64,000 nt of DNA from Antedon mediterranea (GCF_964355755.1 NC_092679.1:4370201-4434200); one strand, 5' to 3'. Numbered from the stretch's first letter, positions 12,931 to 41,979 are shown. The notes: a model not told the origin generated them from the letters alone. Numbers and translations: made by a program.

Positions 12931-15873
12931 TTTATTAAGCGTTAATAAATTATTGTTTGTAATAATCCATTTCATAGTTATATATTTCAATACATCAAAT
13001 TACACTGTTCAAATATGCACTTTTTAAACTTATAGATTTCATGCTGGGGGCTTATTTGTATAAGTGCAGTACTTAATTTGAAAAGGTTCATTTCTGTGTC
13101 AATTTGTACCATACGCAATAAATTTTTGCCAGAATAGTACTTTTTTTTTCAAATGTTCCATTATTTTATGTGAATGTCTTGATTCTGTTGATGTGGTGTT
13201 CTTAATGTTTTAATATCTGTTGTGACATGTATGTGTGGTTATCTTTATACTGTAATAATCAGTATGTATGATGTAGTATTATTCTAATTTTAAAACTCCT
13301 ATGCACTATGCACACACCTAACTTTCAAGTAACTTCCACTTATGAGAATTAAGTGCAGTGAGGTTGAATAGCAGAATTAACTTTCATCCAGTTGTTTAAA
13401 TAGTATCTTACTTTACCCATCCAATTTCCTGGACTTTCTGCATTCTCACTCCTGAAAATGATCGAAGGTCACTGATCGAAATTTTGAAAATTCGACAGTT
13501 CTTTTCAGAACTATTTATTTTTTTATTTTTCTGCAACCTGATAGATGGTTTTTATCATTGATGAAATATTTACAAACCATACAAAGTCGCCCCAAAACAA
13601 AGTAGCCCCGGCACAGTCCCCCCCATCGCAAAGTCGCCCCATTACAAAGTCGCCCCATCTTTTATAATGCCTAATCCGCCCCTATGGTGAACTGCAAACT
13701 TGACATCAACAATTCCATTGTGTTTACTTTTCTTGTATATTATGTGCAATTAAAAATTTATTTTTATCTAGTAATTATTCTGAACTCCCCCCTGTGACAA
13801 TTAACAGATATTTTGTATTGTAGTGTATAAAGCTTTAAAAGAGCATGGCTTGTTAGGCATAATAAGTGAGAGCAATCAACCGGAACAATCATGCGATTCA
13901 AACAAAGAAACATTGGCCAACAAAAGACACACTCAATCATATGCTTAGCAAAGGCAAACAAAATCAATGTTTTTATACCATAATATTCACACTCCAGGTT
14001 ACACAATGCTGAAATAATATCAAGGTAATTTATATCAATTAATAACATAAATCATCATTCGCTTATTCCTCTCTCTGAAATCTGGAAATAAAAAGCACAA
14101 AACTTTCAATATTTAATTAAAAAATATACGGTACATTTATTTATTTATTTATTTGGAATTACACCTTTAGATCGGTGGCACACTTAGCACAAAGGTGCAT
14201 CCTTCACAATATAAAATATAACAACAGAAAAGTAAAAAGGCAAAAGCAACTATCAACCCCTATCCTACCCCCCCCCCCCCCCACCTAATTTACATCAATA
14301 CATACAGTAGATCATTACTTTGCACAAATAAATACAAAACAAGATATAGAAAAGTGTATTAAATAAAATCACCTGACTAAACACAGGTTTTGTAATTTGA
14401 ATAAGTGTAGGCCTGATTCTCGAAAGACTACCAATCCAGAGCTGGCTAAAGTCGGGTTTTAGTCCACAACAATATATAGGTTTTTTTTTAAACAGTTATA
14501 ACATGGGGAAAAATAAATGTACAGTATTATTAATTATACCTCCATGGTTGTAATAGTCTGATTAAAACCATAGTTAATGTACTTCCACAATCCAACCTAT
14601 CAGCATTCATACAAATTGATATTTTAGGATATTAGGTTGTGTTAAGGTTGCTTTAATTTCCAGTGGTGTATTTTTGTTGTTTTCTCTTTGGTTTTGTAGA
14701 ATTTGTATATTATGAATGTACTATCTAAAATAAGGAAATGAAATAAAACAATTATGTTTACAATGTTACAAGTATACAAGTAAATAAAAACATAATTTTA
14801 GTTATTAGTAACAGTAGACCTAACAGTACAAACAATATAATGTACAAGATATTTTTTTATTGTCCTTTTTAAATTAAATGTAAAAAGTAAAATCTTCTCT
14901 GATGCTAAATGTTTATTTATAAAGGAATGCAATATCTTTTATACAGCATTGAAATACATCAATTATGATTAAAACAAATAATTAATAAAATTCTATTTCA
15001 TATTATTTATTATTGTTTCTACTAGCCTATTATAATTTATTACTTTTACAGTATTAAATAGTGAACACATTTCAGGTCCCCATATTTTTACTTTACACAA
15101 CGGAATATCGATTGATGATAATCAACCAATCATACATGGCGCAGTTCATATGCAAATATCTACTGTCCAATCAAATTCATTCCCGATATGACGGAACAGT
15201 TTTCCGTTACTCATCTTGTGTACGCGGTTTAAAATTAAACATAGGAAAAAGTATGATTGATATTTAACCTACAAACAAGGAAAATATAGATATTTGAAGT
15301 AAGAACAAATTTAATTATATTTTTTTAAATATTTATGTGTAACATTCACTTTATTAATCAGGCTAATAGCATTGTAAACTTGTAATAATTAATGTGAGTT
15401 GTTGGGCTATCGATCGTGAGCTAGGCTGGCAGTCACGACTTTAGTTTACCGACGACCGATATGCAAGAAAACCGACGACTTGATCTGTGTGAGTTTATTG
15501 ATGGTTAGGCCTAGACAATTTAAATTTTGTTTGGTTACTCTGGTGTTAATTTAACACAGTGTAGGCTAGACTTAGCTCTGTGATACCATACGATTACAGA
15601 GAGCTAGCATGCTGCCTGGAATGGTAGGCTGGGTGGGGGTGGGCGTGTGATAATTCATAATCAAATCATGTTGGTGGATGGATTGTATAAATGAGGCGGC
15701 TGGCTCTCGGAGTGCGATGATGTGTCATGACACGCGGAAAGGACAGGGTGGTCTTATGCAATAGGCCTAGCCTAGGCCTAGATATTATATAAATGAATTA
15801 AATTAGCCTAGGCCTATATAAGAATGAAATAAATTTTGTGTATCTTTTAGGCCTATTTTAGTTTATAAAAAAC

Positions 15874-18800
15874 ATGAGCAGACGTAGTAAAAAACAATTC
15901 TCAGTGGGTGAAGAGGTGAGAGCGAAATGGCCAGGCAGCTCTCTGTGGTTTAAAGCAACCATTAAAAGTATTGAAGATGATGACGTATTTGTAACCTTTG
16001 AAGATGGTACTGAAGACGTCGTAAGAAAGAATGATATTTCGGTAAGCTCTAGAAAATCATACTCGACCAAAAAATGTTGTTGTTTTGTTGATTGTACGTC
16101 CATATATATTTAAATTATACTTTTTGAATTTATATCAAATATAGGATAATTGAATTTATTATTTAAACCTAAATTTATTTTGTAGAGAGATGGATCTTTT
16201 AGGTCACGATCCAAATCTCCAGCAAGACGTGCTGGAAGAAGGAGTCGTTCTAGGTCGCCAGCAAGACGGAAGCCTTCTCCTGCCAGACAGAAGAAGACTT
16301 CACCCGCCAGACAGCAGAAGGGTTCTCCTGGTAGGCCGAAGAAAGTTTCCCAAGGCCCAGCTCGACAACAAAAGGAGAAAGAAGACAAGAAGAGCGAGAA
16401 TAATCCTGCACCAGCACAAACAACTGTGATCCCTGATGAGACACCTAGACGCAGCTCAAGAAGAACTGTAGTTAGCAGCACTGTAAGTGGGTTTGTTTAC
16501 CTATCTAGGCCTGACTCAATTTAGTATTAGCCTGACAATGTCTAAAGATCAGTCTACACTATCAAACTAGTTTGACAAAAAATGTGATGTGCCCAAATAT
16601 GGTAGTGGTATGACATCACATTTTTTTGTCACATAAAGTTTGATAGTGTAGACAGAGCTTAATAAATCATGTTCCTATGAGACTGGCACCATCAGACACA
16701 TTTAATAGTCCTTTGCTCCAACCAAGAGTAAGACCATGTTTATTTTGCCTTATCTTTCATAAAGTTTTAAAATAAATCTTTAAACCTTCCTGTTTCATGC
16801 ACAGGCTACTACAGAAACCAGAACCTATGGAACACGCTCTGCAGTAAAGGCTGGGAAGCAGACCATTGATGCACCTTTGGAATCATTCTCAACAAGGGTA
16901 GCAAAGACTACCCATTACGAGTTTGGTGGGCCCATAGGTAAAGTATTCAATTATTTAGTTTTATTTATTCTGCAATCTGCAGAAATTAAGAATAATTAAA
17001 AGTCGGTCTAGAATGTTTATGAGAAACTAATTGGTCATTGTCCAATCCAAAGTTACTAATCAAATTAGTGTAATACTAATAAGCATTATTAACGTGTTTG
17101 TTGTTTTTACATTAGGTGCAACATTGACTGTGTTTTTCCTTCCACTGGCTATGTACTATTTTTACTTTGCCTGTGGAAAGAACAAGTGTGAGCTGACCCT
17201 AAAGCCTGGCTTCAGTAGAAAATTTGCAGATTACTATGACCCAGAAGCCTACCTCATGTTTTGTGGCTGGATGGTATTCCAGGCTGCCTTATACATGCTA
17301 CCAATTGGCAAGGTAAGGCTGATTCATTTCGTGTCGGCCGAAAATTTGGTCTGCAACTTCAACCTTTTATATTGATATTCATTTTGTAAGTTAACCCATC
17401 GTGAACGGTTTTCCGATGGCGATAAAGCTATGTATCTGGGCAGGCATTTATCAGTCTTTTTGCTTAAGTCTTTTTATCTGATGGAATGGATTTTGTTATC
17501 TGAGAAAAAAGAAAATAATGAATAAAAATATATTTTTTTTTGCGGGTAATATTTATTGTAGTGTATAATCTCTATAATGGCTTAAATTGATATTAACTAA
17601 CATTACAATACTTATTCATTTTTTCTATGTAGAGTTGTTTAGGACAACAGTTGAAAAATGGAAGTAGATTGTCTTACCGTCTCAATGGTATGTCCTTATC
17701 ACTTTATTTCTTTGTAAATAGACTATAGTAATATTTTTCATTTTAGTACGAATGAAAAAAAAAGAATAGTGCACAATTTTTTTAAGTCCTCTAAGCAAGA
17801 AGTTTGCAGATTTTAATCTTCTCAAACTAATACTAATCATTTTGATTAAAAACCACTCGTAAATTATGATATTATTTTTTTTTACAGGTTTCTTGGCATT
17901 TTTCTTGAGCATCTGTGCATTTGCAGGACTTGTTTATAAAGGCTATCCTGTGACCAAGGTTTACGACAAGTTTCTACCTCTGATGACGGCATCTATCATC
18001 TTCTCGTTTGTGATGTCATCACTACTATATATCAGGGCTAAGTTTGTAGCCAACAGTCAGCTGGCACCGGGAGGAAATTCTCGTAAGTCTTAAAGCTTAA
18101 TGTAACCAAGGTAATCTAAAAACAGGATGCTGAGCTCCAAAGATCAAAGGGTTTATCTGTGGCTGAGACAAGATCCGTTTCACGCCCCTTAACATTATGT
18201 ACATAGTACAGTACTGTTGGTATTTGTCACAGCCAGACATAAGATCAAAGGACTGTTACGAGTTCCTATCTTGGCAATGCTAGCTCAGTGTCCTGTTGTT
18301 AGATTGCCTTGATGTAACAGTCATATAATAAAATTTAATGTAGTCAGTATAATCAATTATTGTACAAGAAACCATATTTATTTTTCTTTTGGCAGATTGC
18401 ACCATTTATGATTGGTTTATTGGTCATGAGTTGAACCCACGTATAGGCAACTTTGATTTAAAGTTTTTCTGTGAACTTCGACCTGGTTTGATTGGATGGG
18501 TAAGTAAATAACTATAATAATATAGCTTCAAATAGCTTACTATGTGCCCCAAAAAACTTGAGTAAATAAATAGTTACTTCAGGGATTCAATGACCCACAC
18601 ACCATATGCATAAACATTGCAAAAGCTATAGCCAGTGGAGCATTAGTCTTTAACAATGAAGTTTGCTCCTAAATGGAAGATTAGACCCTATTGTCTGACC
18701 CCACCCATTCATGGCTAACTTATATCTTACAGATTATGATTGACCTGGCCTTTTTGGTCAAAGCACTTGAGAGTGGAACGCCAATGGATAACCTTCCTAT

Positions 18801-21142
18801 GATTCTTTTGGTCTGTTTCCATACATTGTACGTAGCGGACGCCCTATGGTGTGAGGTAAGCATTTAAACGGGAGAGTCAATGTAAGCAAGTGCTAGGCAC
18901 AAAACTGGCATGTCTTGGTGGATTGGGTGGGTGGATATATATAAAGGCCAACTCGCACTGCGTCGTATGACGATTTATCTCGTCCGAAGAAAATTAATGT
19001 TTAATGCTCTCCCGACTACCTAAAAACTATGCAAGACGCTATGGCAAAACCACTCATTTCATCGGGATTCAACGACAGCACTGACGAGTCAAGACATCAT
19101 GTCTGGCCTCGTCGTACGACACAGTCTGAGTTGACTTTTATGGATTTAACTAGAGAAGTGTAGGGGTGGGGATGGTACGTTCAGTACCTAGAGGTTTCTT
19201 GACTGGGTGCTATAGAAATTGGGCTGGGTGTAACTGTAATACATTAAAATAGGTATTTGGGTGGATGGAAGACTTTGAAGGTTTGTGTTTCCATTCAGCA
19301 TATATACATTCATGAATAATATCTCATTTTGTATAAAAATAGTTAATTATATTGGACTGTTAATTTCGTTTATCCTAATTTGTTGAATTCATACTTTATA
19401 TGTATTTATGTATGTTGAAATTGTGTATTGTAGGATGCCATTCTGACAACAATGGACATTACCTCCGACGGTTTTGGTTTTATGCTGGTATTTGGTGATC
19501 TAGCCTGGGTACCGTTCGTGTATTCGCTGCAAGCCAGATTTCTTGTAGATCACAGTGTTACAATGGCATACAGGAACTATTACCTGGCTGCTATCGTTTG
19601 TCTTGGACGTAAGTATTTTTTAAGGATACAAATAAATGAACAAGGGACATGACAAATGCTTTTTATGCTAAAATAAGAAGAAAGTAATTTCTACTTTGAA
19701 TGTTTAAAAAGAAAAAAAAAGAAAATTGTAATTATGCAGGTCTGTTTAACCAGATTTATATCTATCCTGAATAAAAGTACATTCACACTTTTTACGAAAT
19801 GGAGGATGGCGCTGTTCACTTTATATGGTGTTCCTATACAAAACGGTGTGTCTTCTGTTCCGTGAAACGGTACAAGTGTGATTGTAGCTTTAGCCTTCAT
19901 GATGTTATGACAAAAATGCTTTAAAAATATTATTGTAATATTTTGTAATTGTTTTCAGTTTTTGGTTACTACATCTTCCGTTCTTCCAACTGTCAAAAGA
20001 ACATGTTCCGCAAAAATCCAAACAATCCTGCATTGAAAGGTAACGTTTAATTTGTTTGTTGATATGTAAATTCAGTTGTAATGCTGTACACATTTGATTT
20101 ATAAAAACCTTTAAAATAAATACTTTTTGAATATTTTTCTGCAACATAATTAACATTAATAAATAATATACATTAATATGTAACTTGTATGTTGTTCTTG
20201 TCTACTACAGATTTAGCGACAATACAAACACCAAACAAGAAGCTTCTGGTAGGTGGCTGGTGGGGTATGGTACAACATCCAAATTACCTTGGCGATATCA
20301 TGATGGCTTTCTCATGGTCGTTGTTCTGTGGTAAGTATTCTTATTTCAATGTTTCAGTTTATGCCAAAATAATTTACATATTAACAGTTTCTGCTTTTAC
20401 AAATGAAGTTTGTTTGTAACAGGCTTGTCATGTTTTTTATGCGTTGCATTTTATTCATATGACTATCACTGTGCAGAAAGTTGTTTAGTCTACAATGGCT
20501 GAGAGTTGCTCCTAATTAAACCCATATTAGGTCTTCATGTCAATAATTAGAATTACTTTAAAAGGCCCATTTACACTAGGATGATAATGATCGGTGATAA
20601 TAGATAAACATGCACTTTTCATATTTAAAAGAAAAGAAATCCAACAAGTTTTCATCCCAAAGCCGAATATGGGTGTCCCAAAGCCAAATAGGGGTGTCCC
20701 AAAGCTGAATAGAGGAGCCAAATATAGGTGTCCCAAAGCCGAATAGGGGGTGTCCCAAAGCCGAATAGAAGAGCCAAATATAGGTGTCCCAAAGCCGAAT
20801 AGGGGGTGTTCCAAAGCTGAATAGAAGAGCCAAATATAGGTGTCCCAAAGCCTAATAGGGATGTCACAAGGCCTAACAATAGAATATAAAGTCTGTGTGT
20901 GTAAACATAGCGACTCTGACTTAGAGGTTCTACTGTACAAATTAATCCATTACCTTATATTTCATTATTATTTTCTATTAGGTTGTAAGAGTATCTTCGT
21001 CTACTTCTATCCATTTTATTTGACCGTGTTACTCGTGCATCGACAGCGACGTGATGACTATCACTGCCGGCAGAAGTATGGCCCCGCTTGGGACAAGTAC
21101 ACTCAATTAGTCCCCTACAGGATTTTCCCAAAACTTTACTAG
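15874..21142 (+). CDS. LBR: Lamin B receptor / delta(14)-sterol reductase (Tudor + RS domain + ERG4/ERG24 membrane domain)
   Basis: 12 phase-compatible exons: 15874-16041, 16186-16482, 16805-16937, 17116-17312, 17633-17687, 17888-18082, 18396-18499, 18733-18855, 19434-19608, 19959-20039, 20211-20330, 20982-21142. LBR Tudor motif [20 protein letters not shown] stretch [10 protein letters not shown]...RSRSRSP, and reductase motifs [74 protein letters not shown]...[10 protein letters not shown]. Confidence 0.95.
16546..16659. mobile_element. MITE family A, short copy
   Basis: Family A TIRs, TAA flanks, one internal unit. Confidence 0.7.
18107..18311. mobile_element. MITE family B, copy 2 (inverted relative to copy 1)
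   Basis: CAAGG...CCTTG TIRs. The interior is the reverse complement of 7841-8092, and the element is flanked by a 7-bp direct repeat ATGTAAC. Confidence 0.75.
18945..19137. mobile_element. Harbinger-like MITE
   Basis: About 28-bp imperfect TIRs AGGCCAACTCGCACTGCGTCGTATGACG / CGTCGTACGACACAGTCTGAGTTGACTT with TAA/TTA flanks. Confidence 0.6.
20655..20880. repeat. Intronic minisatellite in LBR intron 11
   Basis: Tandem TCCCAAAGCCGAATAG / AGCCAAATATAGGTG variants. These explain the repetitive ORFs at 20527-20940. Confidence 0.8.
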
Positions 21143-22249
21143 AGTGTTCAACCGTTTTTAAACAGTACTAAAATATTTTCCAAAGAATCAATCACAACAA
21201 ATGTTTTTAAACTCGAGATATTTGACAGAAGAAAAAAGCTAATGTGGCCTTTCATAGATCTTTCTGTAAAAAAAATTTAATGACTGGTTGTTTTCGGTCA
21301 GGTATTTCTCAGGTAAATTTTGGTAAATCGAAATGTTTCTTGTGTACAGGTATCTAGCACTCCCCTTTGTTTATACCCTAATTGACCTGTGCTATAGTCA
21401 TTTTACTTTCTGTAGTAAAAAATATCATTTATAGCCTCACTAATATTTACTTTCCTTTCCTTGCTGATCATATCATTAGGTAAATTAAATTAGTTATCTT
21501 ATTATTTTCAAATCAAATTTGTAGGGAACCAACAAAAGTATTAAAATTAATAATTTAGAATACTTTACAATAAAAGCCTTAAACAATAAAAATAATCAGA
21601 ATTTTCTACATATTTTTTTTTATGGAAATTGTGTAAATAACTTTAAATTTAACATTATTAATAATATTTCAAATATTGATGCCCTACACTGTAATTAATT
21701 CAAGATTCAATTTTAAAATTGCTGAATTTCAGTGCTTGCAAAATTAACGCGAGTTTGTAATTGTTGTACAAGTTGTGTATTTATTACGTGTGTTTACAAT
21801 TTCTTTAAATGTAAATACTGTATTTAGTTGTTAGTGAACCTAGTAGTGTTTCATTAGTTACTTAATTTGTAATATGATTTAACCCATTTATGTGAAATTT
21901 GTGTTGCTTTTTTTTTTTTTTTTTGTAAATATCGCTTTTATTCTTTGTGTTAAATAGTTCATATACAATAATCAAAGCAACATTCAGTATTAGATCATTT
22001 AGCAAATCAGGCCTGGTTTAAGCTGCTTTATTACTTAATATAAAAAGGACATGTAGATGATATTTTCATTGTGTACTGTTTGGTGTTTTTGTATTTCATA
22101 CAGTATGCAACTTTTAAATTTTTATGAGAAGAAGAATTTATTAGTTCGTTGTGATATATAATATGGTTAACTTTTAATGACATTATGATTAATGACAATA
22201 TTCATAGAGAGAACCACCCAGCAGTGGCTTAATGTAATTAGATGTAGCT

Positions 22250-22920
22250 TTATCAGGGAACTCTTTTAAATACTGCTTTAGAATAAACCAGGGAACTATT
22301 TCAAAAATAGTGTCCTTACATGGAATCGATCATCTATTTCTTTCTAAAAAAAATAATATAGGAGGAACGGGGATTTATTTTTAAAATTGAGTTTTTTTAA
22401 ATAATGTTCTTAAAGAAACTCATGATCTATTTTAAAAATAGTGTTCTTGAAGAAACCAGGAATCTATTTTTAAAATAGTGTTCTTGAAGAAACTCGTAAT
22501 CTATTTTTAAAGTAGTGTTCTTGAAGAAACCAGGGACCTATTTCTAAAATAGTGTTCTTGAAGAAACTCGTGATCTTTTTTTAAAATAGTGTTCTTGAAG
22601 AAACCAGGGATCTATTTTTAAAATTGTGTTCTTGAAGAAACCAGGAAACTATTTCTAAAATAGTGTTCTTGAAGAAACCAGGGATCTATTTATAAAATAG
22701 TGTTCTTGAAGAAACCAGGGACCTATTTATAAAATAGTGTTCTTGAAGAAACCAGGGACCTATTTATAAAATAGTGTTCTTGAAGAAACCAGGGATCTAC
22801 TGTATTTTTAAAATAGTGTTCTTGAAGAAACTTGTGATCTTTTTTAAAATAGTGTTCTTGAAGAAACCAGGGATCTATTTCTAAAATGGTGTTCTTGAAG
22901 AAGTTAGTGACCTATTTTAG
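22250..22920. repeat. About 39-bp minisatellite downstream of the LBR stop
   Basis: More than 12 copies of AAAATAGTGTTCTTGAAGAAACCAGGGATCTATTTTT, degenerating toward the left end. Confidence 0.9.
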
Positions 22921-24501
22921 AAATACAATGGTGTGATCTTGGATAAAGCCAGTGTTTTAAAACTGTCTGTTTAATATTGAAGTAACATTTATAAAAACAC
23001 TATCTGCAGATTAATATTTTATTACAATTCAACTACGTACTGAATTCATGTGTGTTATACAAATCTGTTGAAAGTAGTTTTAGAAAGTGTGGAATAAACG
23101 ACAATACAAGATATTGGTAAATATCATTTAATAATAATCTAAATATGTACATGTTGTGTGAGCTTTTCGAATTTTCAAAATAAATGATTTGGAGTAAAAT
23201 TAATGCTTTATTGCTTAAATAATATTTTTTTATGTAACTTGTTTTTCAGTTTACCAATGAGTTATAATAGCGTGCGACCTCTATCTGCTATGCGCATATT
23301 TTCTGAATCATTATCAAATTATTATCATAACTAACTAATAACACAATTTCATCTTCATTACATTCATCATAATTAGAATCGCAATTTTATTTTTAATTCA
23401 TCCTACAGTACTTGTTTGACTATGTTCGATAATCAGTATTTACTAAAATAATAATTTAGTGACTATATTAACATGACAAAGCCAAAATATTATGTATATT
23501 AATTATGTCATAATATAAACGTGACTAAACTAATGATAATAACCAACCATTTATATCAAATCTATAACGCATATTAGCCAAAAAAGGAATTACCCAGGTT
23601 TTTCTATTCTTTGTCCGTTACAAGCATCGGAACCCCGTTGAAAAGACTCGAGTTATTTGAAGAGAGTGACGTAACTGGGTATCTATTGAATAGCCTGTTT
23701 AAGGATTATTTACCGAGGACAAATAAAGCTTTTTATATTGTAATGAGGTCTTTTCAAGCGTTTGTGAGTTGGATGTGCTCACCCACGGAACGCAGTGGAG
23801 TGGATTGATATATTTAATAAAGCTTCGTTGCTGAAAAAAATATAATACAGTTTTTTCATTTACTAATTACGCTAGTAAACAGACGGTGGATGCACTAATT
23901 ACGTACTAATATTACAATACATTCATTTGATGTTATGTATCTTCGGATTATTTTAATATTGTAAATACAACACCAGTCGGATATACCGTCATTTTTAAAA
24001 GGTTTGTTTAGTTTTGTTGTTTAGGCTTACGTTTTATTTTATATTTTATAAGGATAACAACCAAACGATTATCCGATTAATAGCAACTGGATGTTTTATT
24101 TCGAAGTCCCATACACTTTATTTTACCACTGCTCAAAATAATGCGAAATAATTATAAAGATTTAATTTCTTCATATATTCTAAGAAACGATTCTGTTTAT
24201 ATTTTATATATTTATTTCCGTTTGCCGGTTTTCTAATATTGTTTTATTTTCAGAATTTTCACAATCATTCATTTTATAATATTTTTTCATTTTCATAATA
24301 CTGTATCATTGCAAATTGTTAGTTATGTACTGTAACCTCTCTACAGTATTTTTAGTTATTCACTTCTAATTTTATCCATAGGATATCCTCATGTAGGCCT
24401 ATTTGTAACAATAATGTTTTGTGTGCGGTACCGTATATCCTATTGCATTATTTGGTTAACTATATTATATAGAAGAGGATAATAGTGTTTTTAATTCACG
24501 A

Positions 24502-25424
24502 GTGACTGAATTATATAGACTAGATGGTACGCTCGCTTCGCTCGCGTACCATCTAGGTCGTGCCCACAGATGGTTCTCGAATACACAGTAATTTCAGGGT
24601 AACAAATCTGGCGATTTCAAATGCACGTACCGCAGGACTATAATACATTGTCGTTTACAGAAACGAATAAGTAGACACAATGATTTATGTAGTCAACTAA
24701 AATTAGCACCCTGAGAATTACTTCCGAGAGAGAAACAAAATGAGTCAAAATTTTTTATTTGGACTCATTTAAACAAACCCAATTTGTGTTTTGTATGTAA
24801 CATTAAGGGTTGAGGGATGGGGGAAGAAGATAGGTACAAAGAGGAAACATTTTAAAATATATTCTTATCCACTCAGTAACGAAATATTGTTTTTAATGTT
24901 TTATAGGCCTATAAATAATATACCACTAAATACAGTAAAACATTTACGATTTAATACGGTACTTTGTTAAAACTCTCACTGTCATAGTCGATTGAAATAG
25001 TAAAGTACATGTAACGATACACCACTACGACGTTTATATATTTTTAAATTATTAATTAATACAAACGTTGAGAAGCAACTGTCAGTAATAACGTTTATTT
25101 ATTTGTATATTATATGTTTATAATCTAACAGTAGGGCCTACCCACACTCACAGTAATAAAGTTTATTTGTATATATTTTTATATTACATCTAACAGTACC
25201 AACACTCACAGTAAGAAATTTGCGATTCAAATTGCGATCAAAAGTTGTTAATACCTTAACAGTATTGTACATGCATTGCAATACTATTTATGTTTATTCT
25301 CCAAGGGGGCCCATAAATCTAAATCTATACCTGTATGGTTAAACCAAATAATTTGGAATGTTCCATTAATCACAAATCAATACATTTGTAAAAACGTATA
25401 TTAAATGTGACTGAATTATATAGA
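24502..25424. mobile_element. Putative non-autonomous insertion (Helitron/Helentron-like?) with terminal hairpin and 18-bp direct repeats
   Basis: GTGACTGAATTATATAGA occurs at 24502-24519 and 25407-25424. A 13-bp-stem hairpin CTAGATGGTACGC...GCGTACCATCTAG lies at 24520-24556. Confidence 0.4.
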
Positions 25425-26325
25425 TATATCAACCACTCTCAATACATGCATTCCCTCTTGTTGTGTAATGTAAAAATGGCCTTGCACATCAATACTATCT
25501 AGGTCCTAATCGATTATTACAAGCGATTGAAGTTTAAAAAATAAGCATACAGTTTGTATCTTAAATCGATTACTGTAATATTATTTATCGATTATTTTAT
25601 TGTTTAGGTCGCCAGAGCCCAGACAACATTTTTACCCGCGCGTACAAAAACCGTGCTATTTTCCTCAGCATTTGAACGCGCCCGTATCATAGATGTCACC
25701 GACGATCAAGTAGAGTTCATTTCAACATATCGATTCGATGAGGACCTTGATGATTGTAGGCCTACGAATACGAATCTCATTTTGTTTTTAATTTGAACGC
25801 AATGTCTAGACGGGATTACATTCTGTATTAGGCCTAATAGTTTATGTTAATAATACAATTAATTTCAAGACGGAAGCGCGAGTTTTATCCATTCGTTTTG
25901 TAACAATTGTATTTTGATGACAACAACCACAAAATATGTGAAGGAGTGTCAAACAATAAAGATATTCTGTGTGCCTTTGTATTAAAATCCTTTGTGAATT
26001 TGATAGGACAATATATTTTGGGGAACAGGCTTAGTTCGACCATGGCGACCTACAATATTGTCTGTATTACTCCTGTATGGTAATTGAAAATAGGTTACGT
26101 CAAATAAAATAATTGGGCGGAAGTCGTCACGGTCCTACTATACTATATCAGCTTTTGAGCGACGCACGTTTATCATTTACCTTTTTTCGTGGCGTCACTG
26201 ACAAACTATCCAAACGACAATCAAGCAACCCGTACCTAAATCCCATTCTCCTCTGCACCCCAGACCCTATGGTTTCCAGATAATTTACCTCCTGTATTTT
26301 AACTTTCAGGTCTTTTTTTTCCAAC

Positions 26326-40850
<14,525 letters not shown>

Positions 40851-41979
40851 ACCCTCTATTTCCTAACAAAAAATGGAACAAATAGGCCTATTCAACAGCC
40901 ATATTGAGTGTACATAACATTTTAGATAAACTATATATATATTAACTTTATTTTTACATACTAAATGCTTGTAAATGTATATATCTTGTATACCAGTGAA
41001 ACGGCTTTTCTTCCCTCAAATCTCAACAAATATAGAACATGAGAATGATAATGTAAGTTTAAGCTAGCTAGCTACATTTAGTTTAGTACATGCTAAATCT
41101 TATAATAAAAAAGAAAATTTACCAAAATTAAGAAATTTTATTAGGTTTATGATAATATAAAACAAACTACAAAAAATAAGTTTATATTGCAAGTATTATT
41201 ATTATATTATTATTAATAATCATGATTGGGCCATTTTGGGCTAAAATTCCTTGATTATCTGCCCAAGTTGTGTACGTATATTGGCTTATTGATATTTGGA
41301 CACGAACCTTCTCGCAGGCCGAGTAACTGTTATTGTGTCCATGGCAGCTGCTGCAGATATCAATTATTGGTGTTTGGTGAGGGAAAAGAAAGCTTGGGGG
41401 TAAGGGGATGTTTGGGAGCGGCAATCTCAACCCCGAAGCGCATAGTTGTAAATGAGGTTAGAACATAGGGTAATGCCTACTCAATAATTTAGAGAATATA
41501 ACTAATGAATAATTCATGTTTTCTGCATCGCTTACCTGTGATATGTTTGTTAACAACCAGGAATCTTCGAAGATTAAACATTTAATGTAATAATTATTTT
41601 TTTTCGCTGCAATCAATAAATGATTGTTTATTTATCTTCTAGTGTTAGCTTACTATTCCGGCCCTGAATACATAACATGCCTGAAAGGGTCTATAGTGAA
41701 TTTCAATTTTGTTTTTTTAATTATGTTTTGACCGATAACTGCATTTAAACCTATAATGATAATAACTTTATTTAACAAGGCCATATACATGGCCGCAGTC
41801 GCCTGCTCAAGTTAGTGTTTACTGACCGACCAACTGACCGACCGACATAGTGAGCTGACTAAAAACGGATACAACACTTGAATCACTAGGTTGTTACTCA
41901 CTATAAAACTATTTACAAAAGTTATCATTTACAGTACATTATGAATAAAAAACTATACAATTTCAAAAATGAAATTATG

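Noticed and set aside
13584-13660. Short AAAGTCGCCCC repeats
   Set aside because: Only 3-4 degenerate copies with no definable element ends.
20527-20940. Repetitive ORFs in three minus-strand frames
   Set aside because: They come from the intronic minisatellite.
22250-22920. CRISPR-like regular repeats
   Set aside because: There are no unique spacers or cas genes, and the context is eukaryotic.
41773-41865. CCGACCGAC-rich Helentron-like remnant
   Set aside because: Too short and degenerate to define boundaries.
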